The position numbers and the translations under genes were made by a program. A model generated the notes under the pieces. The model was not told the DNA's origin. It did not search any database and was given only the letters and a program-made list of their open reading frames with translations. Shown one piece after another: positions 52,901 to 64,000 of a stretch of 64,000 nt of DNA (the stretch's first letter is position 1; the number at the start of each line of letters is the position of its first letter). This stretch comes from Vicugna vicugna (lineage: Eukaryota), in the NCBI GenBank assembly GCA_013265495.1, contig MU058636.1:10143066-10207065 (forward strand), given 5' to 3'.

Positions 52901-53704
52901 TGCAGCTCATGAGCCTGGAGCATCCTCATAAGGAACCTAAATGCTTACTTTCTCCCTGACCCTCCCTCCTCCAGGCCCTTTCCCACTCCCAAGCCTTCTG
53001 TCTGTTCCCGACAAGCATCAACCCGGATCCCAGATTTCTGGGCGTTCTTCTTCTTCTAGTGTAGCTCCTCCTTGCCCAGCCTGGGCGCCCTTTGCTCTGT
53101 GTTAGTGAAGAAAAGCCACTCAGCTGGATCCAGAGCCCCTTCCAGGCCTGATGTCCTCCTTTGAAATCTAGTTCTCCAGGACGCCTTGCTAAGGGTCCAA
53201 GCCATCCCTAGGGTGCAGGGAATAAGGCAAGAGGCCATGCACCAGCCGGCCAGTAACTGGAAGGACATGGCCACAGCATGTCTGAGGGGCTAAATCCCTC
53301 AGATACAGCCAATTCCATAAATTCAACTGCACTGAAACTGAGCCCCACACACCTGACAACAGAGCAAATTTGGAACCAATGTGATTGACGGTTGGTTTCC
53401 AGATCCCCAAGAACTGACCAGATCCCTGAGTTGGGTCCCCCTTGTCATTTCATTTGCCTCCAAACAACTGACCCTGCGTCCACACACTAGAGCGTTTTGG
53501 ACGCTTCTCACAGCGTTACAGCAGCATTTTAAGGTATCATCGCCCTCAAAGAGACATGGTTGAAACCCACTGACACAAGCAGGCATGTGTGCACACACAC
53601 TCACATACACACACCCCTCTGCGTGTGCCTTACCCCTTCTGCTTCCTTCAAGTTTTTCCTTTAATGTTTCACTTGGTTCCCTCTTCACAGAAACAACACT
53701 GCAA

Positions 53705-53945
53705 TCGTGTTAATACCGAGCATTGAGAATTTCCTAGGGTTTGCCCTGTGCTAAGTGCTTTGGATACAATCATTTCATTGAATCTTCATAGCCATCTATG
53801 AGAAGAGAATCATCACACACACTTTAAAGACACTAAATATTAGAGCTTAAAGAAGCTTAGAGACTTGCCCTGGGACCCTTGGTGACAAGTAATGGGTGGA
53901 CATGAGATTCAGACCCAGAGCCACCAGCCATAAGGCTCATGCCAG
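53705..53945 (-). mobile_element. MIR SINE
   Basis: ctgtgctaagtgctttgga...atttcattgaatcttcatagcc...gacttgccc...gagattcagacccag. Confidence 0.8.
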
Positions 53946-54553
53946 TAATGTCTACACCGATCTAAGTGAGCATCTTTCTAGCACGTTCTGGAAAGGACCT
54001 ACACTCTATGCTTCCATCAGAGTGGATCAAGGAAATAGAAATACGGGATGTATTTTACATAAAAATCACTCACTCTGATAATTTCTTTTTATAGACTCTC
54101 CAATTTTCCGTGGAGAAATGTAAAGGCGATCAACCATCACTGTTTGCTACCATGTCCCCTCTCCCATTAGCTCCAAAAATGGCCAAACAGCCACAAGAAC
54201 ATCAGACGCACATCAGAGCCAAACTCCAAGGGAAGGAGAAGGCTGTAAACAGAAAAAGGAAGTAAGAGAAGAAAACGTGCTTAGCTTCTTGAAGTGGGGA
54301 AGTCGCCCAAGCTGACTTTCTGCTTTTCCGAGTGAGCGTTTTGATCACCTCGGATGGGCTGCAGCAAGACAGGTTCCATTAATAAAACCCCAGCAGCCTC
54401 CTCCTGAGGGATGTGGAAAATCACGAGCTATCCGTGAGATTCTGTCACGCTCACATTTCCCTTCACTCAGAGGGAATGGAAGTCTCAAAAGCACTCCTGT
54501 CTCTCATGTCAACATTTCCAAACATGGATGTGACATTCTAGAAAAATGGAATA

Positions 54554-54801
54554 CTCTAAAAATACAACAGACTAGTCAATATAACAAAGAAGGAGCAGAG
54601 CACAGATACAGAGAACACACTTGTGGCTGCCAGTGTAGGGAGGGGGCGTCCGGGTTGAGAAAGTAAGATGTACAAACTACTGGGTGTCAGACAGGCTCAA
54701 GGATGTACTGTACAACGTGGAGGATACAGCCAATATTTTGTAATAACTGTCAGTGGAAAGTTACCTTTAAAAATTGCATAAAACATTTTTTAATTTAAAA
54801 A
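54554..54801 (+). mobile_element. 5'-truncated L1 3' end (a different subfamily) with 14-bp TSD
   Basis: aaaatacaacagactagtcaatataacaaa...ggatgtactgtacaac...gccaatattttgtaataactgt; exact TSD agaaaaatggaata at 54540-54553 and 54802-54815. Confidence 0.9.
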
Positions 54802-57800
54802 AGAAAAATGGAATATATTAACATCTCACACTAGAGAACTCTGTGAATGCACTCTGTCCAAGGCTGAGGAATGACAAGATCTACGTGAAAAGAGAAGAAA
54901 ACAAAATTACCATCCAAAAAAGAGAGTTCAGAAATTAAAGGGGTCTGTGAGCCATACCTAAAAATACAAACCAACAGGTACTATAGGAAAAAGGTTTCTG
55001 TTAGAAAGTGCCTGCAGCAAATTACAAGTTACGTGGTTCGTGTGAAAGAGATTAACCTTTGGGACAGAGCTGACTGAAGTCTCAGATGGCGCTGGCCACT
55101 GGCCACTCACGCCAACTAGTACTCAGAGGGTGCCAGCGCTCACAGGCTCCAGAGGTCAGACCGGGGCAGGACAGGGGTGGACTCTTGCCAAGGCTTACCA
55201 AAGGGTTGGCAAGGAATTCAGTGTGGGAATTGGAGCTTCCCTTTCGCATTTCCTGAGCCCCAGGCCTAGATAAGTATCCTTTGCTGACAAAGAGTCCAAG
55301 GTGTTAAATCCACACCGCCATGTTTTCTCCATTGCAGCTAACGGCTTTAACCCAAACTAAACGCTTTTTTAAATTAGCATGATACCATGGCTTCTTCTCC
55401 TTACTGAGGGGTCTCCCACTAGGAAAAAAAAAGTACATGCATCACTGTTCACATGCAGATGCCTTTTGAAATGACTGGCCATTCTGACAGTTCGATGGTG
55501 TAGGCATTTCCAGCTTCAAAGTGAACAGTAGGGTAATAGGAGCTGGCTATGGAGAATCACAACATGATCTTTCGGACAGATTTGACCCTGCAGTGAATGT
55601 GCAAACACGTGCACAGGGTCTTCTAAATCTTGCCTTCATTTGATGCCTTCCGATAAAGAAAAGAATTATCCAACATGATTAATACTTGCTTGCAAAAAAT
55701 AAATGCACTCACCCCTAAAAAAATAAAAGTCCCGTCACTTTCATTAAATACATACCAAAGCAAATTTTCAAATAAATGTATTAGCAAGACCCTAAGTCGA
55801 TCTCAAAGAAGACTCTCCTTAAGGACCAGTCCAGATGCATCTCAAGCACAGTTAAGGGATTACTGACTCCCTGCCACACGTTCAGGATCTTCTGAGCCTC
55901 CATGAGATTTCTAATCACTCTCACTTCTGGAATTTACTTCAGTTGATTTGAAGAATTTTTTTTAACTTCAGTCTGGAATTTACTTCAGTTGATTTGAAGA
56001 ATTTGTGAACAAGAATTTTATCTGAAATGTCATCACCCTGGAGCAGATGGCCAGGCTGAAAAGGTGTTCTGAGCTGGATGGCAGAGCAAGACAGGTCGGT
56101 GAGACCTGCCAGGTGTCTCATCACTCAGCACGGCCACTTCATGACCGTAACAGGATCGGCCCTGGCCACTTGCTAACGGGCAGCATCGCAGGATTCCCCC
56201 AACCAACTCTATGCTGACTCTGATAAGAACTGACAAGTGAAATAAGGATGTGTTATAAATAAGTTAAATAAGGATGTGTGCAGGATGCTCTTCCATCAGC
56301 ACCTCCACTTGGCTTTTGAACCCCGGGAGTGAGAATCTGTTGGTATAACTCACACCGTGGTAGGAATGAAGCTCCCAAACAGCAAAGGCCCAGGTGAAGG
56401 GCGTTTTGTTGCAAAAGGGGGCAGTTTATAACTCCAGCTGCTGCAGCAGGAGGACCAGTTAGCCACGGGGAAGAGAAAAGAACCAACGAGAAGAGAGCAG
56501 GATAAAGACGAGAACATCACAGAAGAAAGGGCTTGTGAGTAACTGTCAAACACCTTCCACCATCTTCAGTCCAGGGGAGGTCTCTCCCTGCGGCATCAAA
56601 CAAGGAGGCCCAGAAATTCCCTCTCATTGCAGCCGTCACAGGCATCGCCCAGATATTTCGCAGAGAGCACCTACACCGAACTGGATCTTCTGACTTCTGG
56701 TTTTGCACCAGTTAAGTGCAGTGGTAAATGGGAACAGAAATGACTAGAGCTACAGAAAATGATGGCTGGTGAAACAATGATAAAACAATGATGAAGATTT
56801 TGAGTAACCACGGGCAGAGGTGAGAAGCGAGTAACACATCAGCTCTAATATAAAGAGGCTAACCATATTCGGTGTAAGTGACCACGGATCAGTGGGGGAC
56901 AGAAGGGGTGAAGGTGCACCTGGTAAGCCAAAAGGGGGACACACTCTCTACCACCTTAACCAACAAGAGTGCATGAGACTTGTGTGTGTGTGCACATGTG
57001 CGTGTGCAGGCTCATTTCCCATCAAGTCCAAAAAGAATTTCAGGATCACCAGTGCCCTGGAGAGGAGTCCTGAACTTGACACCAGACCTGTACTCTACAT
57101 ATGCCAGTATTTAGTTCATTTTTTGGTTTGATGTGTGCACACACACACTGTAGTAAACTATTTTAAAACCCATTCCATGGTGTATATTTATACATTCTCA
57201 ACCAATCCCTTTCTTGCATTTCTAGAACTCCAGGCTTTGAAATCTCAGAAGCCCTGTTGATCTTAGAGCACTCTCTAGATCTCAGAATGCCCGTCGATCT
57301 TGTTGTTAAGAGACACTTGAACTGGGTGGCTACTTCCCTGATTCTCTGAGAGGATAAACCAAGTTCACAGCACCCATCACAGGATTAATTCACTCAAACC
57401 AAGTCCAATGTTGTCACCACCTCTACTGAGAGCCATGAAGTTCAATCCAAGGGGGGTGTGTGGTCCGTACTTTAAGCCCAATTTCATGAAGTTAAAAAAA
57501 ACATAATCCAAAAAAGAGGCTGTGCTTTGCCTGCTTGAAAGATTAGGACAAGCCAGGGGCCTGGCACTGTGGGTCAGAGTGAGCACTGGGCCCTAATGTG
57601 GACCTCTGGTTACTGGGCACAGTGAATTCCATTGAGCTTCTTGCAGGGGAGCGGTGAGCATGGGGCCTTTTATGGAAGGTGGCATGTCCCTTGTTGACTG
57701 ATGAAGACTTCAGCCCAGTGAGGCTCACATGCTTCCACAGAAGAGAACCAACCGCACTGAGAGCTGTGGGAATAGCGTCATTTAGAAAGAAGGAACTTCC

Positions 57801-59384
57801 TACTGAGTCGCTGATGCAGGACAGTGCTCTGGTTCTGGACTGACTTTAGAACCTCCTGAAAGGTTTTCCATCAGCATCCTTAAAGAGAGCAGTGGGAAAC
57901 AATGCATCATTAGCTGAGGTCTGGAACCACCGTGAGAAAAGCAGGAAAAAAACCTAGTAATTAAACCTTGACCCTGGCTCTGAAATTCCCGGGCCAGGCC
58001 CTACATATGTTTTATAAGATGGCCTCGAGATGTGAAGCTACCATCTGAAAAAACATCTTTTGCTTATAAATTTAACTTGCTAGCCAGTGATATGTTACCA
58101 ATTCAAAAAGCATAGCAATTCTCAAAAACGATTGAGTCTGACAGTAAAAAAGATCTCTCTTCTTTCTTCTCCTGCCATAGTTCTGTGCCTCATTCTTATG
58201 TTGTCTTCAACGTGAATAACTCTATTCGATTCAGCAAATGTCCCCAAACATCACTCAGGGAGCCTGGAGGAAAGGTCATATTTCTAGACACTTGTTTTTC
58301 TAGTCTCTCATATTGAAGGAAAAATCCCAGTCTGGGATTGCTCTGCCTCCAGATAAGAAAAAAAAAATGAATATTCATTACATGTTTCTAAATTTGGATG
58401 ATAATAATTTGATGATTTTTATGTTGTTTTATTTTGAAGCTTTTTCTTGGTTGGGTCTAAATCCTAGGAGGCAGTTTGATGCTCCAAATCCCTCAGTTTC
58501 TAAAATCTCTAAAGTCTTATTCCAGATCAAGCGTTCAAGTTAATTATATCCCCTAGCTCCCATTAAACAGGAGAAATTCTTCAAAGAGAGTGTTATTTGA
58601 ATAAAACTTCTTGGAATTGTTGCACTGAAAGTACTGTCCTGGGCCCCCTGAGATGAGGCACACGTGTGTGAGGGAATGAGCCTGCCCAGAGTTTATGCAA
58701 TTATTCAGGAACCAGTAGATAGCTTTACCAAAATGGCACATCTGCCTCAAAGGTGAACATGTGGACGCTCAGTCGGGACAGAAAATAGACTTGAAAAATA
58801 TCAACATGGGTTCTGTCCAAGGTGAAGGGGCCGCTCAAACTGTGGGTTGTAGATTAGTTCTTCAATTCTGTTACATCAAAAACGGAATATAGGTCAAGGC
58901 CCAATTTCAAAAGAAATCTCCTGTATTTACTTGCTGTTAAAAATAAGGGCAATCCCGTTCATCCAGACCAAGTAGGATCCTGAACTCAACAAAACTCAAG
59001 TGTTCCTTGCTTTTAGTCAAGCAGTATATAAAAATAAAGACTTAGAGTTGTAGAAGTTCAAGTGGCAGAGATTTGGGGGGCTTAAAGTCCAGAAGCCACC
59101 TCTCAGCATGCTGTCCCATCACAGTGCCCCTGGGCATAACCTAACTCTTCTGGTTGAAGTGCTCTTGGGAAGATGGCCCGACTCCCCACTTGGGCGGAGG
59201 CAGGCCAAGCCTGGGCGTCAGCGCTGCCAGGGGGAGTCTCAGTCGGGTAAACAGGGCGAAGGGCCTCATCCTAGAAGGTGTGGGGCAGCTGTGGAGAGCC
59301 ACCGTCATGAGCTGGGCAGGCACTTAGAAATGTACACACTGCACTGATAAATCAGATCGAAAACTAGTCAGGGAGGTGCAAGAC

Positions 59385-59500
59385 TTAAGGGCTGGCGTTA
59401 GCTGCTTCCCAGCAAGTTAACCTTAGGGAAGCTGTTTAACCTGCGTAGCCCTCAGATTCCTCATCTACAAAATGGGCACGTTGGTAATATCTGTGGCTCT
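59385..59500 (+). mobile_element. MIR core
   Basis: accttagggaagctgtttaacct...cctcagattcctcatctacaaaatggg. Confidence 0.75.
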
Positions 59501-59513
59501 TGCTTCACCAGAC

Positions 59514-59605
59514 CAGGACTAGCTCCATAATTTAGAATACAGAATTTCAAGGCAGCGACAACAGAGCATTAAACCAAGTTCAGGGCCCGGTTGAGGCGCT
59601 CTGCA
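59514..59605 (-). mobile_element. MER45A-like hAT-Tip100 fragment
   Basis: caggactagctccataattt...agaatttcaaggcagcgacaacagagcattaaaccaag...gggccc. Confidence 0.75.
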
Positions 59606-62018
59606 TAACACAAAGACTTCCCAAATATTCCCAAATATTCAGCAAATATGGAGTCACTGGGAAGTTTGGCCCCTTCATCTGTACCCATCCTCAATTCTGG
59701 TACAACCTGAAGACTTTCTAGTCCTCACCTACAAGCCCCAGGAATAGAACAATTCTCTTTATATTATCCTCCACTCACAGCACCCACCTGTCCTGAATAA
59801 GACAGGTGAAAATCATGCTCAGATCTCCAGCTCAGACACTGCACAGCTTCTCTCTGTCTCCTTTAACTGATTGACCTTATGGCTCCGCCAGGGAGGAGAA
59901 GAGTTCACATGTGAATAACACATGTAACACGCACAGGCGTGTTAGCACTCAAACGTATTTGGGCTTGTCTCTCAGGTATTAAATGTTTCAAATGTCATCA
60001 TTGCTAATCAGTGCAGTTACCAGTGCAATTTCATATTCCTTAAAAGGAGGAAGAGTGGGTTTTTATTGTCCACGTTGAAAGGAGGAGGTAAGAGTATATG
60101 TTTAATTTGATTTGGAACCAGTGCCATAGTCTTAATGGAGCTGTGGTCTGAATTTGTTATCTGGGACTGTCCACTGCATGTAAATACAATATGCTCTTTT
60201 GGATGTAAATCTTGGAAATGCAGTATGAATGTTCTCATTACTAAAAACATTAATCGCAGTCCAAAAACCAAAAATTATTGGGGAAAAAGGGAGTATTGAA
60301 GCAAGAAACTGAAAGCCCAAGTTCCAGTCCCGGCTCTGCCACAGGCAGTCATAGCCAGTGCCCACCTGGCCTCTGTCCCCTTTCCTCCAAATTTACGGGA
60401 CATTCATCTTATTCGGCTCGTGTGCCCTCACCGCCAAGTTCTTGAAGGTAACCCTGCCCCCTCGCCCTCAGAATTGCAGGGAAATACATTAGAGAGAGTA
60501 CAGCATGCGGAGAAGTCTGCTGGTGGGTCTGGGAGACAAGCTCCCATCAGTGATCTCCCCCTCCTCCGGGGCCTCTGGGGTGCCAGGAACTGCCGCGGAC
60601 AGGTTACTTCTGACCCCAGGAGCACTCCCGCCACAGACGGCGAGCAAAGCCAAGATCATCACAGGAAAAGGGAGCAGGCCCAGTGGGTTCGGTCCACCCT
60701 AAAGCCAATCTCCTGTCCCAGAGCTTTTGAAGGAAGCTGCTAATGGGTAACTGCAGGTACATCCCCACGCGAGCTACATAAATAACTGGTCAAAACCCCA
60801 TCTCAGCCACGTGAACACACCGCGGCAGCTGCCCTCATGGGGCGGCTTCTGGGCCTACTCAGAGGAAACAGAAGTCAAGCCCCTGCTTGGGACAAATCTA
60901 CCTCCAAGAACCCTTCATCCTTCTGAGTGCCCTGCTCCCCTTCCATCTCTTCCCATCTGTCTTCTGATTCCGTGTTTTCCTTCTATTTTGTTAACTTCGA
61001 TGAAACACACACATATGGAAATCAGACAGAAGGAATGTCAGTCATGGTTTATACATCACCTTATCCTCTGAGAATCACCTACATTGTCTGATTTGGGGGA
61101 AAGCAGGGCTGTGCAGGCCGAACCCTGTGACTCCCTGTGCCCAGCCGTCTTGCCCAGGGTCACTCAGCCACACTGAGGGTGGCCCCGGGACCTGACCCCA
61201 GATCCCCTGTGCCGAGCCAGGTGCACTTGCCTGCCACGGAAGGGAGGGCATTTCAAAACCCCGCAAGCTGTTCACAATAGCTGATTAATCACTGAGTGTG
61301 TGGTTCCCCTCAGACCTGGAGGAGAGGCGCACTTGACACAGCACAGCCATGAGAGCAGCCAGGGGAAAAGGCCCTGACAAACCCCACTTCCTTTCATCAA
61401 CAGTTGGCGGCCCAACATTGTTCTCTGCATTGTGGGCACTTCCCCATTAGTCACTGAGTGAGTCCTGAGCAGGCCTGGGCCAGCTGCAGACACGCACCAC
61501 CGGCTCCCCTTCCAGGGCCCGGCCCCAGCACGGCTTCCCTCCCGGCCCGAGGAGGCGGGCTCTGTGGGCAACCAGCCCCAGGGGACCTCTCGACCACCTG
61601 TTATTGTGACCACGTGCTGGGCCTAATCGGTTTATTTTGATCAGAGTGTTCCAAAGAGGAAACAAAGCCTATATTTATTATTTAAGAAAAAAAAAAGGCA
61701 ACTCCATTTGCCCAGCCCCTTCTCAAATGTTTGGAATTCACTAGGTCTCTTCCCAAAACCCTCTGGAGATGGGCGGGAAGAACACCTTTCCACAGGGAAG
61801 GTGAACTCTGGGTTACAGGGGTTAAACGTTGAGTCTGTTGGCAGCTTTTCCTAAGCTCCTCCGACTGCCGGGAACAAAACTCTATATGAGGAGCTGGAAA
61901 TATCCAACAGGAACAGTGAGTAACTTGCACGCCTTACAGGGTGTGCTACCTAATCCAGGAGCAGAGAAAATGCAAACAAACTTATGTGAGCACATTTCAT
62001 CACGTTCATGAGTTGTGA

Positions 62019-62465
62019 TGTTATGGGTTGAATTGTGTCTCCCCAGAAAAGATACGCTGGCTTGATCCTAAGTCACAGGACCTCAGAATGGGACCTTATT
62101 CAGAGACAGGGTCTTTACAGAGGTAATCCGATTCAAATGAAGTCATGAGGTTGGGCCCTAATTCAGTATGACCGGCTTTCTTATAAAAAGGGGAAGTTTG
62201 GGTACAGGCAGGCTCACAGGGAGAACATCGTGTGAAGATAAAGGTGGAGCCCTACAAGCCAAGGGACTCCAAAGATTGCCCGGAAGCCACCAGAAGCTGG
62301 GAGGGAGGCATGGAACAAACTGTCCATCTCGGCCCTCAGGAGGAGCCAACCCTGCTAACGCCTTGATCTCAGACTTCCGGCCTCCAGAACTGAGACGATA
62401 ACTTTCTGTTGGTAAGCCACTCAGTTTGCAGTACTTCGTTACAGCAGCCCGGGCAAACTAATACG
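62019..62465 (+). mobile_element. MLT1B/C (MaLR) solo LTR, essentially full length
   Basis: tgttatgggttgaattgtgtctcccc...acctcagaatgggaccttatt...gacttccggcctccagaactgagac...gttacagcagcccgggcaaactaatac. Confidence 0.93.
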
Positions 62466-62489
62466 GCAGATACCAGCACATTCGGTCCA

Positions 62490-62825
62490 CACGGCTTCAC
62501 CTCCTGAGGGCCTTCACACTCAAGGTGTCTCCAAATCTGTGCACGGCTGCCTCCTTCTTCCCATGCAGACTTCAGCTCATATGACACCTCTCCAGACCCT
62601 TCCCGGCCACCCCAGCTAAAGGACATCATCCTCACCCCATCACTCCATCCCACTGCCTGATTTATTTTCTTGATAGCACTGTCACTCTCTTTGTCAGCTG
62701 TTTTGCAGGTTTCTCATCTTGCTCCACACCTCCACAGCGTAAACCTGGGAGAGGGAGATTCCTGTCCATCTTGATCACAGCCATGCATCTTAACAGAAGC
62801 CGAATACTTTGTCGAATAGGAGCAC
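62490..62825 (+). mobile_element. L2 3' fragment
   Basis: ttcagctcatatgacacctctccagacccttccc...tttattttcttgatagcactgtcact...tgtccatcttgatcacagc. Confidence 0.65.
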
Positions 62826-63599
62826 AAAGTGAAAGGAATTAAGAAATCAGGAAGGGACTGTCTCATTTATTCATTTCTTCATACAGTTTCTTCAGTAAAC
62901 ATTTATTGAGTATATGAGTGAGTGTCTAGAATTCTACAAGCCTCTGAAGAAATTCAAAAGAACTTGAAGTCTTAGCCATTGATAAACACAGGAAACTTCC
63001 AAAAATAGTACCGCCCAATATCCGGTAAGTAGGAAAGTTAGGTTACATCCCGTAACATCTGAAATCAATTCCAGCATTAGCACCACTTCACTCCTACCCC
63101 CTTCCTTCCTTCATGTTTCTGTGTGCATAGCAAGAGTCCTGTGAAACGGGACAATGGAGCCAAAATGTGCCTAGACCCTCCCGGAAGGATAAACTCTCTA
63201 CCTGCCCCTTCCTCCCCTGACCCCAAATTCACACGTGAGGAGCCTCCAGGAAGTCTCGGCAGCTTCAGTCCTGATGGCCCCCGCCTGTGTCTATCACCTC
63301 CCACCTCCCAGTGAAACAAGACCGTCAGGGACAGACTGATTTGAGAGTAAAATGAGTATCTGTGATGATGCCCCATGCTGCTCCTCCACCTAAATTAGCC
63401 TCTGAAAAGTGGCTAAAGTTTGATGCTCCTTGTAATTTACAGCCTGCTAACCAGCACTGCTGCCCACCCCTACCCCTCCCTCCACAGGACCGGCCCAGCC
63501 ACAGGTACCTTACAGGGCTGCCTCCAGTTGGAACTGGATGAAGACGTGTTGCCTGTGTCACCCTGACCCCTAACTTTGATCTTATGCTAAGAACGACCT

Positions 63600-63790
63600 T
63601 TGGTCTGTGAACCCTGGCCACTGCTCATCCCCTCACCAGCTGTGTGAACTTGTACAAGTTCTCTACATAGTCTGAGTCCATTTCCTTCATTGGGCGATGA
63701 TGACCCCTACCTCACACCAGTGCCAGAAGGAGGAAGCACCAGTAAAATGCCTTTTCTGTAGTAAACACTTAATAAATAGTAATTGAATGG
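63600..63790 (+). mobile_element. MIR SINE
   Basis: ctcaccagctgtgtgaacttgtacaagtt...tctgagtccatttccttcat...cctacctcac...gtagtaaacacttaataaatag. Confidence 0.75.
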
Positions 63791-64000
63791 AACCTTTTCA
63801 GTTGTATGTATGGAGTGAACATAGATCATAGTTCTGAACTATGATCATAACTTTATCATAGTTATGGTCAAGAATGATCCTACAGAGAGCATTGTATCAA
63901 TGAGGAGGTTTTGCCAACATTCATTTTAATGGATTACAGATTATTGAGGAGAAAGTGGGACAGGAGATTAAAGCAAATGACCCAGGCCTAGAGTGGGAGG

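Noticed and set aside
56240..56280. Small direct repeats (aaataaggatgtgt x2; also about 39388-39419, 57242-57301, 59619-59649, 15298-15352)
   Set aside because: Ordinary short slippage duplications with no further structure.
1..64000. Host gene identity; tRNA, snRNA or processed pseudogenes
   Set aside because: None recognisable by eye. A short exon or small RNA could be missed; this needs BLAST and Infernal searches.

Overview
Mammalian non-coding DNA, intronic or intergenic. I recognise no protein-coding exon, RNA gene or CRISPR array; the ORF track is noise apart from decayed LINE-1 ORF1/ORF2 remnants. The window holds ancient eutherian repeats (MIR, L2, L1M-class, MLT1/MLT2/MER21 LTRs, Tigger1, MER96B, MER63A, MER45A, MER20, MER5), five young 5'-truncated cetartiodactyl-type L1 insertions, and several long repeat-poor stretches. 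No young SINE is visible, which with the L1 3'-end types points to a camelid (inference). Best observations: (1) a recent three-junction rearrangement at 41115-41933, a 376-bp tandem duplication whose first copy carries a 97-bp insert templated from 1.75 kb upstream, with all three substitutions clustered at one junction; (2) an L1 3'-transduction at 3512-3763 carrying a probable ORSL hAT fragment; (3) a CpG-rich motif cluster at about 20.6-20.95 kb. I found no evidence for a new biological system. Repeat names come from recalled consensus similarity, not a search, and boundaries are approximate unless a target-site duplication (TSD) is given.
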